A stretch of 62,441 nt of DNA from Gemmatimonadales bacterium. Lineage in GTDB: Bacteria > Gemmatimonadota > Gemmatimonadetes > Gemmatimonadales > GWC2-71-9. The notes beneath the pieces were generated by a model. It was given only the letters and a program-made list of their open reading frames with translations. It made no database searches and was not told the DNA's origin. Shown in pieces: positions 9,362-20,302 of the stretch. Position numbers and translations under genes: made by a program. How positions within the stretch are numbered: the first letter of the stretch is position 1; each line of letters starts with the position of its first letter. The DNA lies in assembly GCA_036267775.1 (NCBI GenBank), contig DATAVM010000195.1:1-62441 (forward strand). The letters run 5' to 3'.

Positions 9362-11142
9362 TCGGTTTTGCGGTACCGTGGGCGCTGCTCGGACTTGCCG
9401 CCGCCGCGCTCCCGCTGCTCCTGCATCTCGTGCAGCGGCACGAACCACCCGAAGTCGTCTTTCCCGCGGTGCGCTACCTGCAGGATGCCACGCGCGACCA
9501 GAGCCGGCGGCTCAAGTTGCGCAACTGGCTGCTCTTGCTGCTGCGCACATTGCTGGTCGTTGCGGTGGTCCTCGCGGCGGCCGGTGCAACCGTGCGGAGC
9601 GGCGGCACCGGTGCCCATGCGCCGAGCGCGCTGGTGGTGATCGTCGACAACTCCGCCAGCAGTGCCACGGTCGTCGATGGTGTCCCTGTGCTCAGCACGG
9701 TGCTGCGCGCCGCGGATGCCGTGCTGCGCCGCGCCACGTTGGCCGATCGCGTCTGGCTGATTGCGGCCGATGGCATTCCGCGCGGTGGCACGCCGGGCCA
9801 GTTGCGCGCACATCTTGCAGAACTCGCGGCCGAGCCGGTGCGCCTCGATCTGGGGTCGGCTGTGGGCACGGCGCGCGACCTGATCCGCGGTACGGGCCGC
9901 GCCGGCGAGGCGGTTGTGGTGACCGATGGACAGCGGAGCGCATTCAGTGCCGCACGCGGTGCCGGGCCGGTGCTCGTGCTGCATGCCGCCGCGCGTGCAC
10001 CGATCAATCGCGGCGTCGTCACACTCGACGCTGGCTCGCAGCCGTGGGGTCCCGCAGGCGGACGCGTCACGCTCCAGGTGACTTCGAGCGACACCGCACC
10101 GGTACCGGTGACACTCACGCTTGGCGACCGCTCGCTACGCGATGTGCTGGTCACACCGGGTACACCGACGGTCGAACGGATCGGCGCGGTGCCGGTGGGT
10201 TGGACCACACTCACTGCAACGCTGCCACCCGACGAGTTCCGCTGGGACGATACCCGCACGATCGCGCTCGAAGTGTCGCCGCCGCCGTCGGTCCGCTGGA
10301 ACACCGACGATCATTATCTCGCGACCGCACTAGCGGTGCTCGCGGCCGATGGCCGCATCCGTTCTGGCGCCGGCATCACGGTCGGCGATCTCGCGGCCGG
10401 GCCGAGCATTGTCATTCCGCCGAGCGATCCCGCGCGCCTTGGCGCGCTCAATCGGGCGCTGGCGGCGCGCAACGTGGGGTGGCGCTTTGGCGCACTCACC
10501 GTGGCACCTGGCCGCACCGACAGCAGCGCCGTATTGCCGGTGCGCGAGAAGGTTGCGCGGCGGATCACGCTCGAACCCGTGAGCGGTGCCGGCACGGTGC
10601 TCGCAACGGTGGACGGAGCGCCGTGGCTCGTGCAGAGCGGTAACGTGGCGCTCGTTGGGTCCCGCTTGGATCCCGATTGGAGTGGCCTGCCGCTCTCCGC
10701 CGATTTTGTGCCCTTTCTCGAAGCGCTGATCGGCGCGATGGCGCGCGGGGCGATGGCTGCGCCAGATGCTATCGCCGGCGTGCCGCTGCGTCTCCCCGAT
10801 GGCGTCACTGGCCTGGAGCATCTCGGCGCGCGGACGATCGTCGATCCGGCGGTGCTCTGGCGGCCGGTCGCCCTCGGGGTGTTCCACTTGCTCGCCGGTC
10901 CCGATACCTTGGGCGCCGTCTCCGTGCGTCTCGATCCGCGCGAATCCGACCTGACCCGGGCGACCGATCGTGACGTGCGGGCGTTGTGGAGTGGTGCGAC
11001 GGTGGCCGACCTCGACCGCGGTCCGGCGCTGGCGTTCCGGGCAGTCAGCCGGGGTGATCTGCGCGGTGCGCTGCTGGTGCTCGCGCTGTTGTGCGCGTTG
11101 GGCGAAACCGTGGTGGCTGGCCGTGTTTCTCGACGGAGCTGA
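9358..11142 (+). CDS. BatA-like membrane protein (N-terminal double-TM domain plus VWA-like region)
   Basis: GTG at 9358 in a GTGA overlap with the DUF58 stop. VIGFAVPWALLGLAAAALPLLLHL...LRNWLLLLLRTLL; VVIVDNSASS; C-terminal TM helix. Confidence 0.7.
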   Translation: MIGFAVPWALLGLAAAALPLLLHLVQRHEPPEVVFPAVRYLQDATRDQSRRLKLRNWLLLLLRTLLVVAVVLAAAGATVRSGGTGAHAPSALVVIVDNSASSATVVDGVPVLSTVLRAADAVLRRATLADRVWLIAADGIPRGGTPGQLRAHLAELAAEPVRLDLGSAVGTARDLIRGTGRAGEAVVVTDGQRSAFSAARGAGPVLVLHAAARAPINRGVVTLDAGSQPWGPAGGRVTLQVTSSDTAPVPVTLTLGDRSLRDVLVTPGTPTVERIGAVPVGWTTLTATLPPDEFRWDDTRTIALEVSPPPSVRWNTDDHYLATALAVLAADGRIRSGAGITVGDLAAGPSIVIPPSDPARLGALNRALAARNVGWRFGALTVAPGRTDSSAVLPVREKVARRITLEPVSGAGTVLATVDGAPWLVQSGNVALVGSRLDPDWSGLPLSADFVPFLEALIGAMARGAMAAPDAIAGVPLRLPDGVTGLEHLGARTIVDPAVLWRPVALGVFHLLAGPDTLGAVSVRLDPRESDLTRATDRDVRALWSGATVADLDRGPALAFRAVSRGDLRGALLVLALLCALGETVVAGRVSRRS

Positions 11143-14100
11143 ATGAACCTGCGTCCGATCCTCGATGCCTTTGACCGCTGTGCGACCGTTCGGGCGCTGG
11201 CGGAACGGCTTCCCGCGCGCGCTCACCGCGTGGCCCTCGGCGGCCTGCCGGGTTCGAGTGGTGCTGTGCTCGCGACCTGGCTCGCCAGCCGCCTCGATGC
11301 CGGCCGGCTGGTCGTCGTCATGGCCACCACGCCCGCGGATGCCGAGCGATGGCTCACCGACGTGCAGCATCTCGCCGGCGAAGGCGTCGCGCTCTATCCG
11401 CAGCGCGAAGCGCTGGGCGAAGACGAACCGCATTTCGAAATCGCCGGCGAACGGATCGAAACGCTCGAAGCGCTGCTGCGCGGCGAACTGCGCATTCTGG
11501 TGACCACGGCCCGTGCGAGTGCCGAGCGCACCGCTGTGCCGGCGGCACTCGAAGCGCTGCGATTGCGCGTCGCCACGGGCGAGGAGCGGCCGCTCAGTAC
11601 CGTGGTGACTGCGCTCGAAACAATGGGCTATCGCCGCACCTCATCGGTGGCGGAAGTGGCGGAGTTCTCGGTGCGCGGCGGGATCGTGGATGTGTACGGC
11701 TTTGGCATGGCCGCGCCCGCGCGCCTCGAGTGGTGGGGCGACACGGTGAGTTCGATTCGTGCATTCGATCTCACGACACAACGCTCGGGCGCTGAGTTTC
11801 CCGACGTCACCGTGCTGCCGATCACCAGCGCAATGGTGGAACCGGTAATCGCGGAGCGGGGCGAGGTGCAGCGCCGCACGCTGCTCGATCTCCTTCCCGC
11901 GGACACCATCCTCATCGAAGAGATGGCCCACGCCGATGACGAGGAAGTCGACCGCGCGTGGCGCGAGGCCGAGCACCATCTCGACATCGCGCGGCGTCTG
12001 GGCGAAGCGGCACCGCCGCGTGGGGATCTATTTCTCGATCCCGCGGAATGGCGGCAGCGCCGCTCGGCGTTTCCGCGGCTCACGTTGCAGGACGAGCCGG
12101 CCGAGATCCAGATCGGCTTCTTCCCGCCCGAACGCGTGGATCGCGATCTGGGCCGCCTGCGTGCCCTGCTCGGTCACGGCACGCCAACGCTCATTCTCTG
12201 CGACAACGAAGGCCAGCGCGAGCGCCTCGACGAGCTGCTCGAAAACAATGGCTTCCGTCCGGCGGGTACCACGCTCACCGTCGGCGCGCTCGACGGCGGC
12301 TTTGTCATGCCGACCCTCCGCGTGCTCACCGATCACGAGATTTTCCGCCGCGCCCGCCGGCTGCGCCGCACGCGCCGCTATCGCCAGGCCGCGCCGTCGA
12401 CACTGACCGGCACCCTCGCCCTCGGCGACTACGTCGTCCATCTCGAGCACGGCATCGGAATCTTTCGCGGGCTCGACACGATCACTGTCGACGGCGGCGT
12501 CATCGAAGTCGCAATTCTGGAGTACGAGGGCGGCGATCGCCTCAACGTGCCGCTCTATCGTCTCGATCAGCTCGAACGCTACCGCGCGGCCGATGACGAC
12601 GGCGATCAGCCGCCGCCGCGGATTCACCGGCTGGGCGGCACGCAATGGAAAAAAGTCCGCGAAAAGACCCGCCAGGCGATTCAGGCGATGGCGGCGGAAT
12701 TGCTCGATCTGTATGCGCGCCGCAAGGCCGTCGCCGGCTATCCCTTTCCGCCCGACAGCCGTTGGCAGCGCGAACTCGAATCCGCCTTCCTCTACGAAGA
12801 CACCCCCGATCAGCGGAAAGCCACCGAAGACATCAAGCGTGACATGGAACGCCCGGTACCAATGGACCGGTTGCTGGTGGGCGACGTGGGCTATGGCAAG
12901 ACCGAAGTCGCGGTGCGCGCGGCGTTCAAGGCGGTGCAGGGCGGCAAGCAGGTAGCGGTGCTCGTGCCGACCACGATTCTGGCCGAGCAGCACTATCGCA
13001 CCTTTGCCGACCGGCTCGCGGACTATCCGATCACCGTCGAAGTGCTCTCTCGCTTCCGTTCGCTCAAGGAACAGAAGGAGACGGTTGCCAAGCTCGCCGA
13101 AGGCAAGCTCGACGTGGTCATCGGGACGCACCGCATTCTGTCCAGGGATGTGCTCTTCAAGGACATGGGACTCTTGATCGTCGACGAAGAGCACCGCTTT
13201 GGCGTCAAGCACAAGGAGCGGCTCAAGCAGCTGCGGCTGGACGTGGACGTGCTCACGCTCACCGCGACGCCGATTCCGCGGACCCTGCATCTGTCGCTCG
13301 CAGGACTGCGCGATATGACGGTGATCGAAACGCCGCCGCGCGACCGGTCTCCCATTCTCACCTTTGTTGAGCCATGGGACGATGGCCTTCTCGATGAGGC
13401 GATCAGCCGGGAACTCGATCGCGGCGGACAGGTGTTTCTGGTGCACAACCGGATCGAGACGATCGAGACGATTGCCGCGCGGGCTCGGGCACTGGCACCG
13501 CGGGCGCGCGTGGCGATCGGGCACGGCCAGATGGCGGCCGACGAGCTCGAGAACGTGATGCAGCGCTTTGTCACTGGTGATCTCGATATCCTGGTGTCGA
13601 CGATGATCGTCGAATCGGGACTCGACGTGCCGAACGCCAATACCATGATCGTGCATGATGCCCATCGTTTTGGTCTGGCGCAGCTCTATCAGTTGCGGGG
13701 ACGGGTGGGTCGGTCGCACCGTCGGGCCTACTGCTATCTGGTGGTGCCTGACCTGATCGATCCCGCGGCGGAGGAACGGCTGAAGGTGCTGGAGCATCAT
13801 ACCGATCTGGGGGCGGGCTACCGGATCGCGCTCAAGGACATGGAATTGCGCGGGGCGGGCAACCTGCTGGGCTCGGAGCAGTCGGGGCACGCCCACGCGG
13901 TGGGGTTTGACCTCTACCTCCGCTGGCTGGAGGAGACCGTCACGGCGCTCAAGGGCAAGGGCGGGGTCGAGACCCCCCAGCCGCCGGACGTGGTCTTTGA
14001 CCGGCCGGCCCACCTCCCTGACAGCTATGTGCCGGACGATGAGACCAAGCTCGATCTCTACCGGCGACTGGCGCGGGCGGCGACGCCGGGCGACATTGAT

Positions 14101-14415
14101 GGGCTGCGCTTGGAGTTGCGCGAGCGGTTCGGACCCCTTCCGGCCGAGGCCGACGCCCTGCTGGATATGGGCCGGCTCCGGACGATGGGCGCCCGCCTGG
14201 GACTGCAGCATGTCCTGGTGCGCGGCGACGAAGCCCGGCTGACTTTCCGCCAGGGGGCAACCCCGCGGATGGCTGGCCTGACACAGGCGTTGGACGATGT
14301 GCAGCTTGCCGCGGAAGTCCGCCGGACAGTGCCGCTTTCGTTGCGGCTCCTCCGGCTTGGGGGCGAGGCACTCGTACCATCGTTGGTCCGGGCACTGCGG
14401 CAGGTTGCCGCGTGA
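11143..14415 (+). CDS. mfd: transcription-repair coupling factor
   Basis: 1090 aa. LLVGDVGYGKTEVA (helicase motif I), DEEHRFGV, TATPIPRTL, and the TRCF C-terminal domain. Confidence 0.95.
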   Translation: MNLRPILDAFDRCATVRALAERLPARAHRVALGGLPGSSGAVLATWLASRLDAGRLVVVMATTPADAERWLTDVQHLAGEGVALYPQREALGEDEPHFEIAGERIETLEALLRGELRILVTTARASAERTAVPAALEALRLRVATGEERPLSTVVTALETMGYRRTSSVAEVAEFSVRGGIVDVYGFGMAAPARLEWWGDTVSSIRAFDLTTQRSGAEFPDVTVLPITSAMVEPVIAERGEVQRRTLLDLLPADTILIEEMAHADDEEVDRAWREAEHHLDIARRLGEAAPPRGDLFLDPAEWRQRRSAFPRLTLQDEPAEIQIGFFPPERVDRDLGRLRALLGHGTPTLILCDNEGQRERLDELLENNGFRPAGTTLTVGALDGGFVMPTLRVLTDHEIFRRARRLRRTRRYRQAAPSTLTGTLALGDYVVHLEHGIGIFRGLDTITVDGGVIEVAILEYEGGDRLNVPLYRLDQLERYRAADDDGDQPPPRIHRLGGTQWKKVREKTRQAIQAMAAELLDLYARRKAVAGYPFPPDSRWQRELESAFLYEDTPDQRKATEDIKRDMERPVPMDRLLVGDVGYGKTEVAVRAAFKAVQGGKQVAVLVPTTILAEQHYRTFADRLADYPITVEVLSRFRSLKEQKETVAKLAEGKLDVVIGTHRILSRDVLFKDMGLLIVDEEHRFGVKHKERLKQLRLDVDVLTLTATPIPRTLHLSLAGLRDMTVIETPPRDRSPILTFVEPWDDGLLDEAISRELDRGGQVFLVHNRIETIETIAARARALAPRARVAIGHGQMAADELENVMQRFVTGDLDILVSTMIVESGLDVPNANTMIVHDAHRFGLAQLYQLRGRVGRSHRRAYCYLVVPDLIDPAAEERLKVLEHHTDLGAGYRIALKDMELRGAGNLLGSEQSGHAHAVGFDLYLRWLEETVTALKGKGGVETPQPPDVVFDRPAHLPDSYVPDDETKLDLYRRLARAATPGDIDGLRLELRERFGPLPAEADALLDMGRLRTMGARLGLQHVLVRGDEARLTFRQGATPRMAGLTQALDDVQLAAEVRRTVPLSLRLLRLGGEALVPSLVRALRQVAA

Positions 14416-14450
14416 CCCGATTGGATCCTTTACCAGATTTGGGGAGTGCG

Positions 14451-15950
14451 ATGCGTCGGATTGTGGTTCTTTTGGCGGCCAGCGCCGCCCTGCTCACCGC
14501 GTGTGGATCGTTCGCGACTCATTCCGACCTGGCGGCGACTGCTGCCGGCCAGGACCTGTCGGTGCAGCGCGTGACGGACATCATGACGGCGGGCAAGGGC
14601 ATTCCGCTCAATGCGCAGACGGCGTCGCTCGTGGCCGATATCTGGGTGGACCTGACCCTGTTCTCGCAGGCCGTCGCCGACAACAAGCTCACCCTCGACT
14701 CGGGTTTTGTGGCCGAGGCGACCTGGCCGGCGCTGGTGGAGGACAAGGCGCGCCGGATGAAGGATTCGCTGCTCGCCCACGCGATCACGGTGACCGACGC
14801 CGAGATCGACAGCGCCTACAAGGCCGACAAGCTCCGCGTCAGCCAGCATATTCTGATCAAGGTCGACAGCAATGCGTCGCCGGCAGTCAAGGCCGCGGCC
14901 CGGAAGAAAATTGACGATCTGCTCGATCAGCTCCATCACGGCGGGAACTTTGCCGCCATCGCCAAGGCCAACTCCGAGGATGAAGGCTCGGCGGCCGACA
15001 GCGGCATGATGGCGCCGGTGCAGAAGAATTTCTTTGTGCCTTCGTTCGACAAGGCCGCCTGGGCGCTCAAGCCGGGCGAGATGACTGGCGTGATTACCTC
15101 GCCGTTCGGTTATCACATCATTCGCCGGCCCACAGAGGATGAGTCGCGGCGGATGTGGCGCCAGGGTCTCTACCAGCTCAAGGCATCGCAGCAGATGGTC
15201 GATTCCATCTTCAGCAATTACATGAAGAATCTCGGCACGACCAACGATGTGCAGGTCGACAAGGACGCGACCGCCCGCATGCGTGCCGCCCTCGCCGACA
15301 TGGATAACAAGCGCGACGATCATGGCACCATCACCACCTACAAGGGCGGCAGCTTCACGACCGCCGACTTTGTGCACTGGGTGCAGGCCGCCACGTCCAA
15401 TCCGCAGCAGGGCGCGCAGTTGCTGGAGCAGATCAAGTCGGCGCCAGACAGCATGTTCCCGATCTTTGCCAAGGGACTCACCGGCAGCCAGCTCCTCGTG
15501 CGCGACGCCGACAGCAAGAAGATCGGGATCTCGCCGGCCGACTGGAAAGTGCTGAGCGACTCGTTCAAGATCGCCGTGGATTCGCTCAAGGCGACGCTGC
15601 ACCTCAACACGCTCGATCCCAAGGCGAGCAATGGCGAGCGGTCCAAGCAGGCGGCCAAGGATGTCGAGACGTACATCGACTCGATGGTGCGCGGCGCGCC
15701 GTTGCATCTGCCGCCGGGCATGCTGGCGTGGACGCTGCGCGACCATGGCAAGGTGACCATCAACGGTGTGGCGCTCAAGCGCGCCGTCGACCTGGCTCAG
15801 GCCAAGGTCGGTGGCGATAGCGCGAGCCGGCCGCTGCCGCAGGCTCCGCCGATGGATGGCGGCGCCATGCAGCCCGCGCCGGGTGGTCCGCCGGTCCCGA
15901 CCAGCGCCGGCGCCAAGCCGGCCACACCGCCGGCGACCAAGAAGCCGTGA
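14451..15950 (+). CDS. parvulin-type peptidyl-prolyl isomerase lipoprotein
   Basis: ATG 14451 preceded by GGGGAG. MRRIVVLLAASAALLTAC lipobox. PpiC domain (SQHILIKV...GVITSPFGYHIIRR). Pro/Ala-rich C-terminal tail. Confidence 0.8.
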   Translation: MRRIVVLLAASAALLTACGSFATHSDLAATAAGQDLSVQRVTDIMTAGKGIPLNAQTASLVADIWVDLTLFSQAVADNKLTLDSGFVAEATWPALVEDKARRMKDSLLAHAITVTDAEIDSAYKADKLRVSQHILIKVDSNASPAVKAAARKKIDDLLDQLHHGGNFAAIAKANSEDEGSAADSGMMAPVQKNFFVPSFDKAAWALKPGEMTGVITSPFGYHIIRRPTEDESRRMWRQGLYQLKASQQMVDSIFSNYMKNLGTTNDVQVDKDATARMRAALADMDNKRDDHGTITTYKGGSFTTADFVHWVQAATSNPQQGAQLLEQIKSAPDSMFPIFAKGLTGSQLLVRDADSKKIGISPADWKVLSDSFKIAVDSLKATLHLNTLDPKASNGERSKQAAKDVETYIDSMVRGAPLHLPPGMLAWTLRDHGKVTINGVALKRAVDLAQAKVGGDSASRPLPQAPPMDGGAMQPAPGGPPVPTSAGAKPATPPATKKP

Positions 15951-17299
15951 ACCGCTTTGCTGCTCCGGTGCTGCTCGCCGCGCTCCTGTGCCTCGGGAGT
16001 GCGGCGAGTCCGCTTGTGGCCCAGCAGACCGCGGGCGACACCGCCAGCGAGACGATCGATCGCATTGCCGCGGTCGTCGGGGGCAGCGCCATTCTGCGCT
16101 CGCAGGTGGACGAAGAGCTGCTCACGCGCCGCCAGGAAGGGGTGACGCTGCCCAAGGATTCCGCCGGCATCCTGGCGCTCCGGCGGCAGATTCTCGACAC
16201 GCTGATCGCGGTGGAGCTGCTCTACCAGCAGGCGCAGACGGACACCACCGTCAAGGTGACCGATCAGGAAGTCAATGACGGTGCGGAGCAGCAGTATCGC
16301 CGCGTACGGTCGCAGTTCAATTCGGTCGACCAGTTCAACACCGAGCTCAAGGCCGACGGCTTCCAGTCCGGTGACGACTGGCGCGAATGGCTCAAGGATC
16401 AGCAGCGCCGCAACCTCTACATCACGCGCTATCGCAAGTCGCTGGAGGATGACGGCTCGATCAAGCCGATCAATCCCACGGAGAAGGAGATGCGCGCCTT
16501 CTACGACGCGAATCTCGATCATTTCAGCGGCCAGGCCGCGGTCTCGCTCCGGCAGATCGTGATCAGCCCCAAGGCGGATTCCGCCGCACACGCCAAGACC
16601 CTCGCGCTGGCCGATTCGATTATTGGCGAGTTGCGGAAGAAGGGCGCCGACGAGTTTGCGCTCGCCGCGCGACGCTTCTCCATGGACGAGGGCAGCAAGT
16701 ATGTCGGTGGCGACGTGGGCTGGTTCCAGCACGGCAAGATGGTGCCGCAATTCGAGACGGCGGCGTTTTCGCTGCCGGAAGGCCAGATTTCCAATCCGGT
16801 CGAGAGCTCCTACGGCATTCACATCATTCAGGTGATTCGCAAGGCGCCCACCGAGGTGCACGCGCGTCATATCCTGCTCATTCCCGAAGTCGACTCGGCG
16901 GATGCAGCCAAGGCGCACGCGCTGGCCGACTCGATCCATGCCGCACTCGTGCGGGGCGCGTCGTTCGATTCGCTGCAGAAGCTCTACACCGATCCGGTCG
17001 AAGAGCGCGATCTGCCCGAATACCCGATCGACTCGCTGCAGCCCAATTACAAGGCGGCGCTGGTCGGAGTGGATAGCGGCAAGGTGACGCCGGTCTTCAC
17101 GCTGCCGGCCCCCGACAATTCGTTCCGCACCAAGTACGCGATTCTGGAAGTCACCGGCACGGCCGCCGCGGGCGTGCGTCCCTACGAGTCCGAATCGGTC
17201 AAGGCGCTGATCCGTCGCGTGCTGGCCGACCAGCTGGGCCAGGCCGCGTACATCAACGATCTCCGCGCCAAGACGTACGTCGACATCCGCGTGCCGTGA
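15947..17299 (+). CDS. surA: SurA-like periplasmic chaperone/PPIase
   Basis: Signal peptide, SurA_N-like region, parvulin domain (SYGIHIIQV). Followed by pdxA as in the enterobacterial surA-pdxA arrangement. GTGA overlap upstream. Confidence 0.75.
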   Translation: MNRFAAPVLLAALLCLGSAASPLVAQQTAGDTASETIDRIAAVVGGSAILRSQVDEELLTRRQEGVTLPKDSAGILALRRQILDTLIAVELLYQQAQTDTTVKVTDQEVNDGAEQQYRRVRSQFNSVDQFNTELKADGFQSGDDWREWLKDQQRRNLYITRYRKSLEDDGSIKPINPTEKEMRAFYDANLDHFSGQAAVSLRQIVISPKADSAAHAKTLALADSIIGELRKKGADEFALAARRFSMDEGSKYVGGDVGWFQHGKMVPQFETAAFSLPEGQISNPVESSYGIHIIQVIRKAPTEVHARHILLIPEVDSADAAKAHALADSIHAALVRGASFDSLQKLYTDPVEERDLPEYPIDSLQPNYKAALVGVDSGKVTPVFTLPAPDNSFRTKYAILEVTGTAAAGVRPYESESVKALIRRVLADQLGQAAYINDLRAKTYVDIRVP

Positions 17300-18207
17300 C
17301 GGTCCGTCCGCGCCTCGCCGTCACGCTGGGTGATCCGCGCGGCGTCGGGCCGGAAATCGTCGCGGCAGCGCTCGCGCACGGCGTCGACGCCGACATCACC
17401 CTCCTCGGTGCCCGGGAACAGATCGGCGCCATCCCCGCCGCAAAGCACCACGCCACCGGCAGCTGGCGCGAAACGCCCAATACACGCGCGACAGCCGTCG
17501 ACGCAGGACTCATCGCCGGTCGCGCCATCGAACAGGCCGCGCGCCTGGCACTTGCCGGCGACGTCGACGCTATCGTCACCGCTCCGGTCGAAAAACACGC
17601 CCTCCATCTTGCCGGTTTCCTCTATCCGGGACATACCGAGTGGCTGGCGCATCTCGCCGGCGATGTTCCCGTTGCCATGATGCTCGCCAGCGACCGGCTT
17701 CGCGTGGTGCTGGTCACCACGCATGTGGCGCTCCGCGATGTGCCGCTCCTCCTTACCGCCGACCGCGTGGTCCGCACCGGCGAGATCACTCGCACCGCAC
17801 TCCGCGACATGTTCGGCATCGCCGAGCCGCGGCTCGCGATCTGTGCCCTCAATCCGCATGCGGGCGAGCAGGGACTCTTTGGCGACGAGGAGTCGCGCGT
17901 GCTCGCGCCCGCTGCCGCGCGTCTTGGCATCGGTCCCGCACTGCCGGCCGACACGGTCTTTGTGCGGGCACTCCGCGGTGAATTCGACGCCGTGCTCGCG
18001 CCCTATCACGACGTGGGGATGACCGCGATCAAGGTGGCGTCGTTCGGCAACGCGGTGAACGTGACACTCGGACTCCCGTTCATCCGCACCTCGCCCGATC
18101 ATGGCACCGCGATGGATATTGCGGGCGCCGGCCGCGCGGACGCCGGCAGCATGCAGGCCGCCATTGCCCTTGCCATCGACCTGTCACAGCGGAGCCGCTC
18201 GTCATGA
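17296..18207 (+). CDS. pdxA: 4-hydroxythreonine-4-phosphate dehydrogenase
   Basis: [30 protein letters not shown] and TSPDHGTA motifs. Confidence 0.9.
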   Translation: MTVRPRLAVTLGDPRGVGPEIVAAALAHGVDADITLLGAREQIGAIPAAKHHATGSWRETPNTRATAVDAGLIAGRAIEQAARLALAGDVDAIVTAPVEKHALHLAGFLYPGHTEWLAHLAGDVPVAMMLASDRLRVVLVTTHVALRDVPLLLTADRVVRTGEITRTALRDMFGIAEPRLAICALNPHAGEQGLFGDEESRVLAPAAARLGIGPALPADTVFVRALRGEFDAVLAPYHDVGMTAIKVASFGNAVNVTLGLPFIRTSPDHGTAMDIAGAGRADAGSMQAAIALAIDLSQRSRSS

Positions 18208-18956
18208 CGCTGCGCGTCTCGATCCTGATCCCGGTGTACAACGAAGCCCGGACGCTCAACACGCTGATCGACCGGGTGCGCGCCGTGCCGCTCGACAAGG
18301 AGCTGGTGTGCGTCGACGACGCGTCGACCGACGGCAGTGCTGCGATGCTCGACGACCTCCTCGCGCGCGGACTGATCGACGCGGTGATTCATCACCCGGT
18401 GAACCGCGGCAAGGGAGCGGCGATTCGCACCGCGATCGGTGCAGCCACCGGCGATGTGATCGTCGTGCAGGACGCCGATCTCGAATACGACCCGATGGAG
18501 ATTCCCCGGCTGCTCGGCCCCATCGCAGCCGGGGAAGCCGACGCGGTGTTCGGGTCGCGCTTTCTGGGCGGGCCGCATCGCGTGCTCTACTTCTGGCACT
18601 CGGTCGGCAATTCCATGCTGACGCTGATGTCCAACATGCTCACCGACTTGAACCTCACCGATATGGAAACCTGCTACAAGGTGGTCGTCTCGCCGCTGAT
18701 GAAGAAGCTGATCTTCACCACCGATCGCTTTGGATTCGAGCCGGAGATCACCGCACGCTTGGCCCAGGCGCAGGCGCGCATCTGGGAGCTGCCGATTTCG
18801 TATTCGGGCCGGACGTATGAAGAGGGGAAGAAGATCGGCTGGAAGGACGGCCTCGCGGCGTTCTGGCACATTCTGCGGTTCAATCTTCTCCCGCCCAGGA
18901 ATCGTGTGGTGCGCCAGCATCCGCGCGATCATTTCGACGTGCGGGGGCGGCGCTAG
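18204..18956 (+). CDS. glycosyltransferase family 2 (polyprenol-phosphate sugar transferase-like)
   Basis: [33 protein letters not shown]. Confidence 0.85.
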   Translation: MTLRVSILIPVYNEARTLNTLIDRVRAVPLDKELVCVDDASTDGSAAMLDDLLARGLIDAVIHHPVNRGKGAAIRTAIGAATGDVIVVQDADLEYDPMEIPRLLGPIAAGEADAVFGSRFLGGPHRVLYFWHSVGNSMLTLMSNMLTDLNLTDMETCYKVVVSPLMKKLIFTTDRFGFEPEITARLAQAQARIWELPISYSGRTYEEGKKIGWKDGLAAFWHILRFNLLPPRNRVVRQHPRDHFDVRGRR

Positions 18957-20302
18957 GCGGGCTCCGCCTCGCCGGATTCGATCGGTCCGGTGAGGGTGTG
19001 CACCTTGACCGTGTGCACGCGGCGTCCCGACATCGCGGCGATCTCGAAGCGGTGGCGCGCCACGGTCACCTGATCGCCGGCGCGCGGCAGACGTCCCAGC
19101 TGGCCAAAGAGAAAGCCGCCCAGCGTGGTGTAGTCCGCGTCATCCAGCTCGGCGTGAAAGCGCGTGTTGAATTCGCTCAGCGGTGTGGCACCGCTGATGA
19201 TCGCCGACCCATCGGCCGTCGGCATGCTGGCTTGCCGCACCGGATCGTGCTCGTCGAATATCTCGCCGACAATCTCCTCCAGCAGATCCTCCATCGTCAC
19301 CAGTCCCGCGGTGCCGCCGTATTCATCGAGCACCACCGCCATGTGCGTCTTGAGGCGCTTCATGTCGGCGAGGACGTCTTCCACCTCGCGGGTACCCGGC
19401 ACAAAGAGCGGCGGACGCATGATTTCCTTGACCGTCACCCCGGGAGTTTCGCGCAGCGCGCGCAACACGTCCTTGGCGTGCACCACGCCCACGATCTCGT
19501 CGCGCGAGTCCGTGTAGACGGGATACCGGGAACGGCCCGCGCTCGCGACCACATCCGCCGCGGCCGCGACGGTGAACGACGCGCCCAGCGTCACCATCTC
19601 GGTGCGCGGCGTCATCACCTCCATTGCGGTCTTTTCGCTGAACTCGAAGACGCCCTCGAGGAGCCGTGCGTCGTTGCGGGCGAGGGCGCCGCCTTCACCG
19701 GACTGCTCGACGAGGATCCGCAATTCCTCGGGGGAGTGGAGCGGCTCGCGATCGGACAGCGGCTTGAGGCGCATCAACCTGAGCAGGCCGTTGGCGGAAC
19801 CGCGGAGCACGGCGATCGGATAGTGCATCACCCAGGCAAAGCCGAGTAGCGGCGGCGCCAGCCAGGCCGCAACACTCTCGGCGTGCAGCAACGCGATCGC
19901 CTTGGGGACGAGCTCACCGAGGATGATGTGCAGCATGGTGATCGCGCTGAAGGCGATCGCCACCGCCACGCCGTGCGTGGCCACCTTGGCGAGCGTGGCC
20001 GGCAGGCCGCGGAAGGCGTTCTCGATGAGGGCGGCGATGGCGGGCTCGCCGACCCAGCCCAGGCCCAGGGAGGCGAGGGTAATCCCGAGCTGGGTCGCGG
20101 AAATGACGCGGTCGAGGGATTGGACCGCCCGCAACGCCAGCATAGCTTTGCCATCGCCGTCGCGAGCCATCTCCTCGAGCCGGCTGGTGCGGGATGAAAC
20201 CAGCGCGAATTCCGCCGCCACGAAGAACGCGTTCCCAAAGACCAGGGCAAGGACGACGATGACGCCAAAGGCGGCCGACGGGGCATCCGCGGAGGGGGGC
20301 AT
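18953..20302 (-). CDS. CNNM/TlyC/CorC-family protein (DUF21-CBS-CorC_HlyC)
   Basis: ORF trimmed to ATG 20302 ([36 protein letters not shown]); ATG 20323 is also possible. CBS pair and C-terminal CorC domain. Its stop shares CTAG with the GT2 stop. Confidence 0.85.
   Translation of the reverse strand: MPPSADAPSAAFGVIVVLALVFGNAFFVAAEFALVSSRTSRLEEMARDGDGKAMLALRAVQSLDRVISATQLGITLASLGLGWVGEPAIAALIENAFRGLPATLAKVATHGVAVAIAFSAITMLHIILGELVPKAIALLHAESVAAWLAPPLLGFAWVMHYPIAVLRGSANGLLRLMRLKPLSDREPLHSPEELRILVEQSGEGGALARNDARLLEGVFEFSEKTAMEVMTPRTEMVTLGASFTVAAAADVVASAGRSRYPVYTDSRDEIVGVVHAKDVLRALRETPGVTVKEIMRPPLFVPGTREVEDVLADMKRLKTHMAVVLDEYGGTAGLVTMEDLLEEIVGEIFDEHDPVRQASMPTADGSAIISGATPLSEFNTRFHAELDDADYTTLGGFLFGQLGRLPRAGDQVTVARHRFEIAAMSGRRVHTVKVHTLTGPIESGEAEPA

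Noticed and set aside
8351-9448. N-terminal 366 codons of the 902-aa ORF that ends as the M28 peptidase
   Set aside because: It is antisense to the DUF58 and BatA-like genes. The peptidase has a clean signal peptide starting at ATG 8350.
12028-14211. 727-aa minus-strand ORF
   Set aside because: It is antisense to mfd and has the same shadow-ORF composition. mfd motifs are clear on the plus strand.
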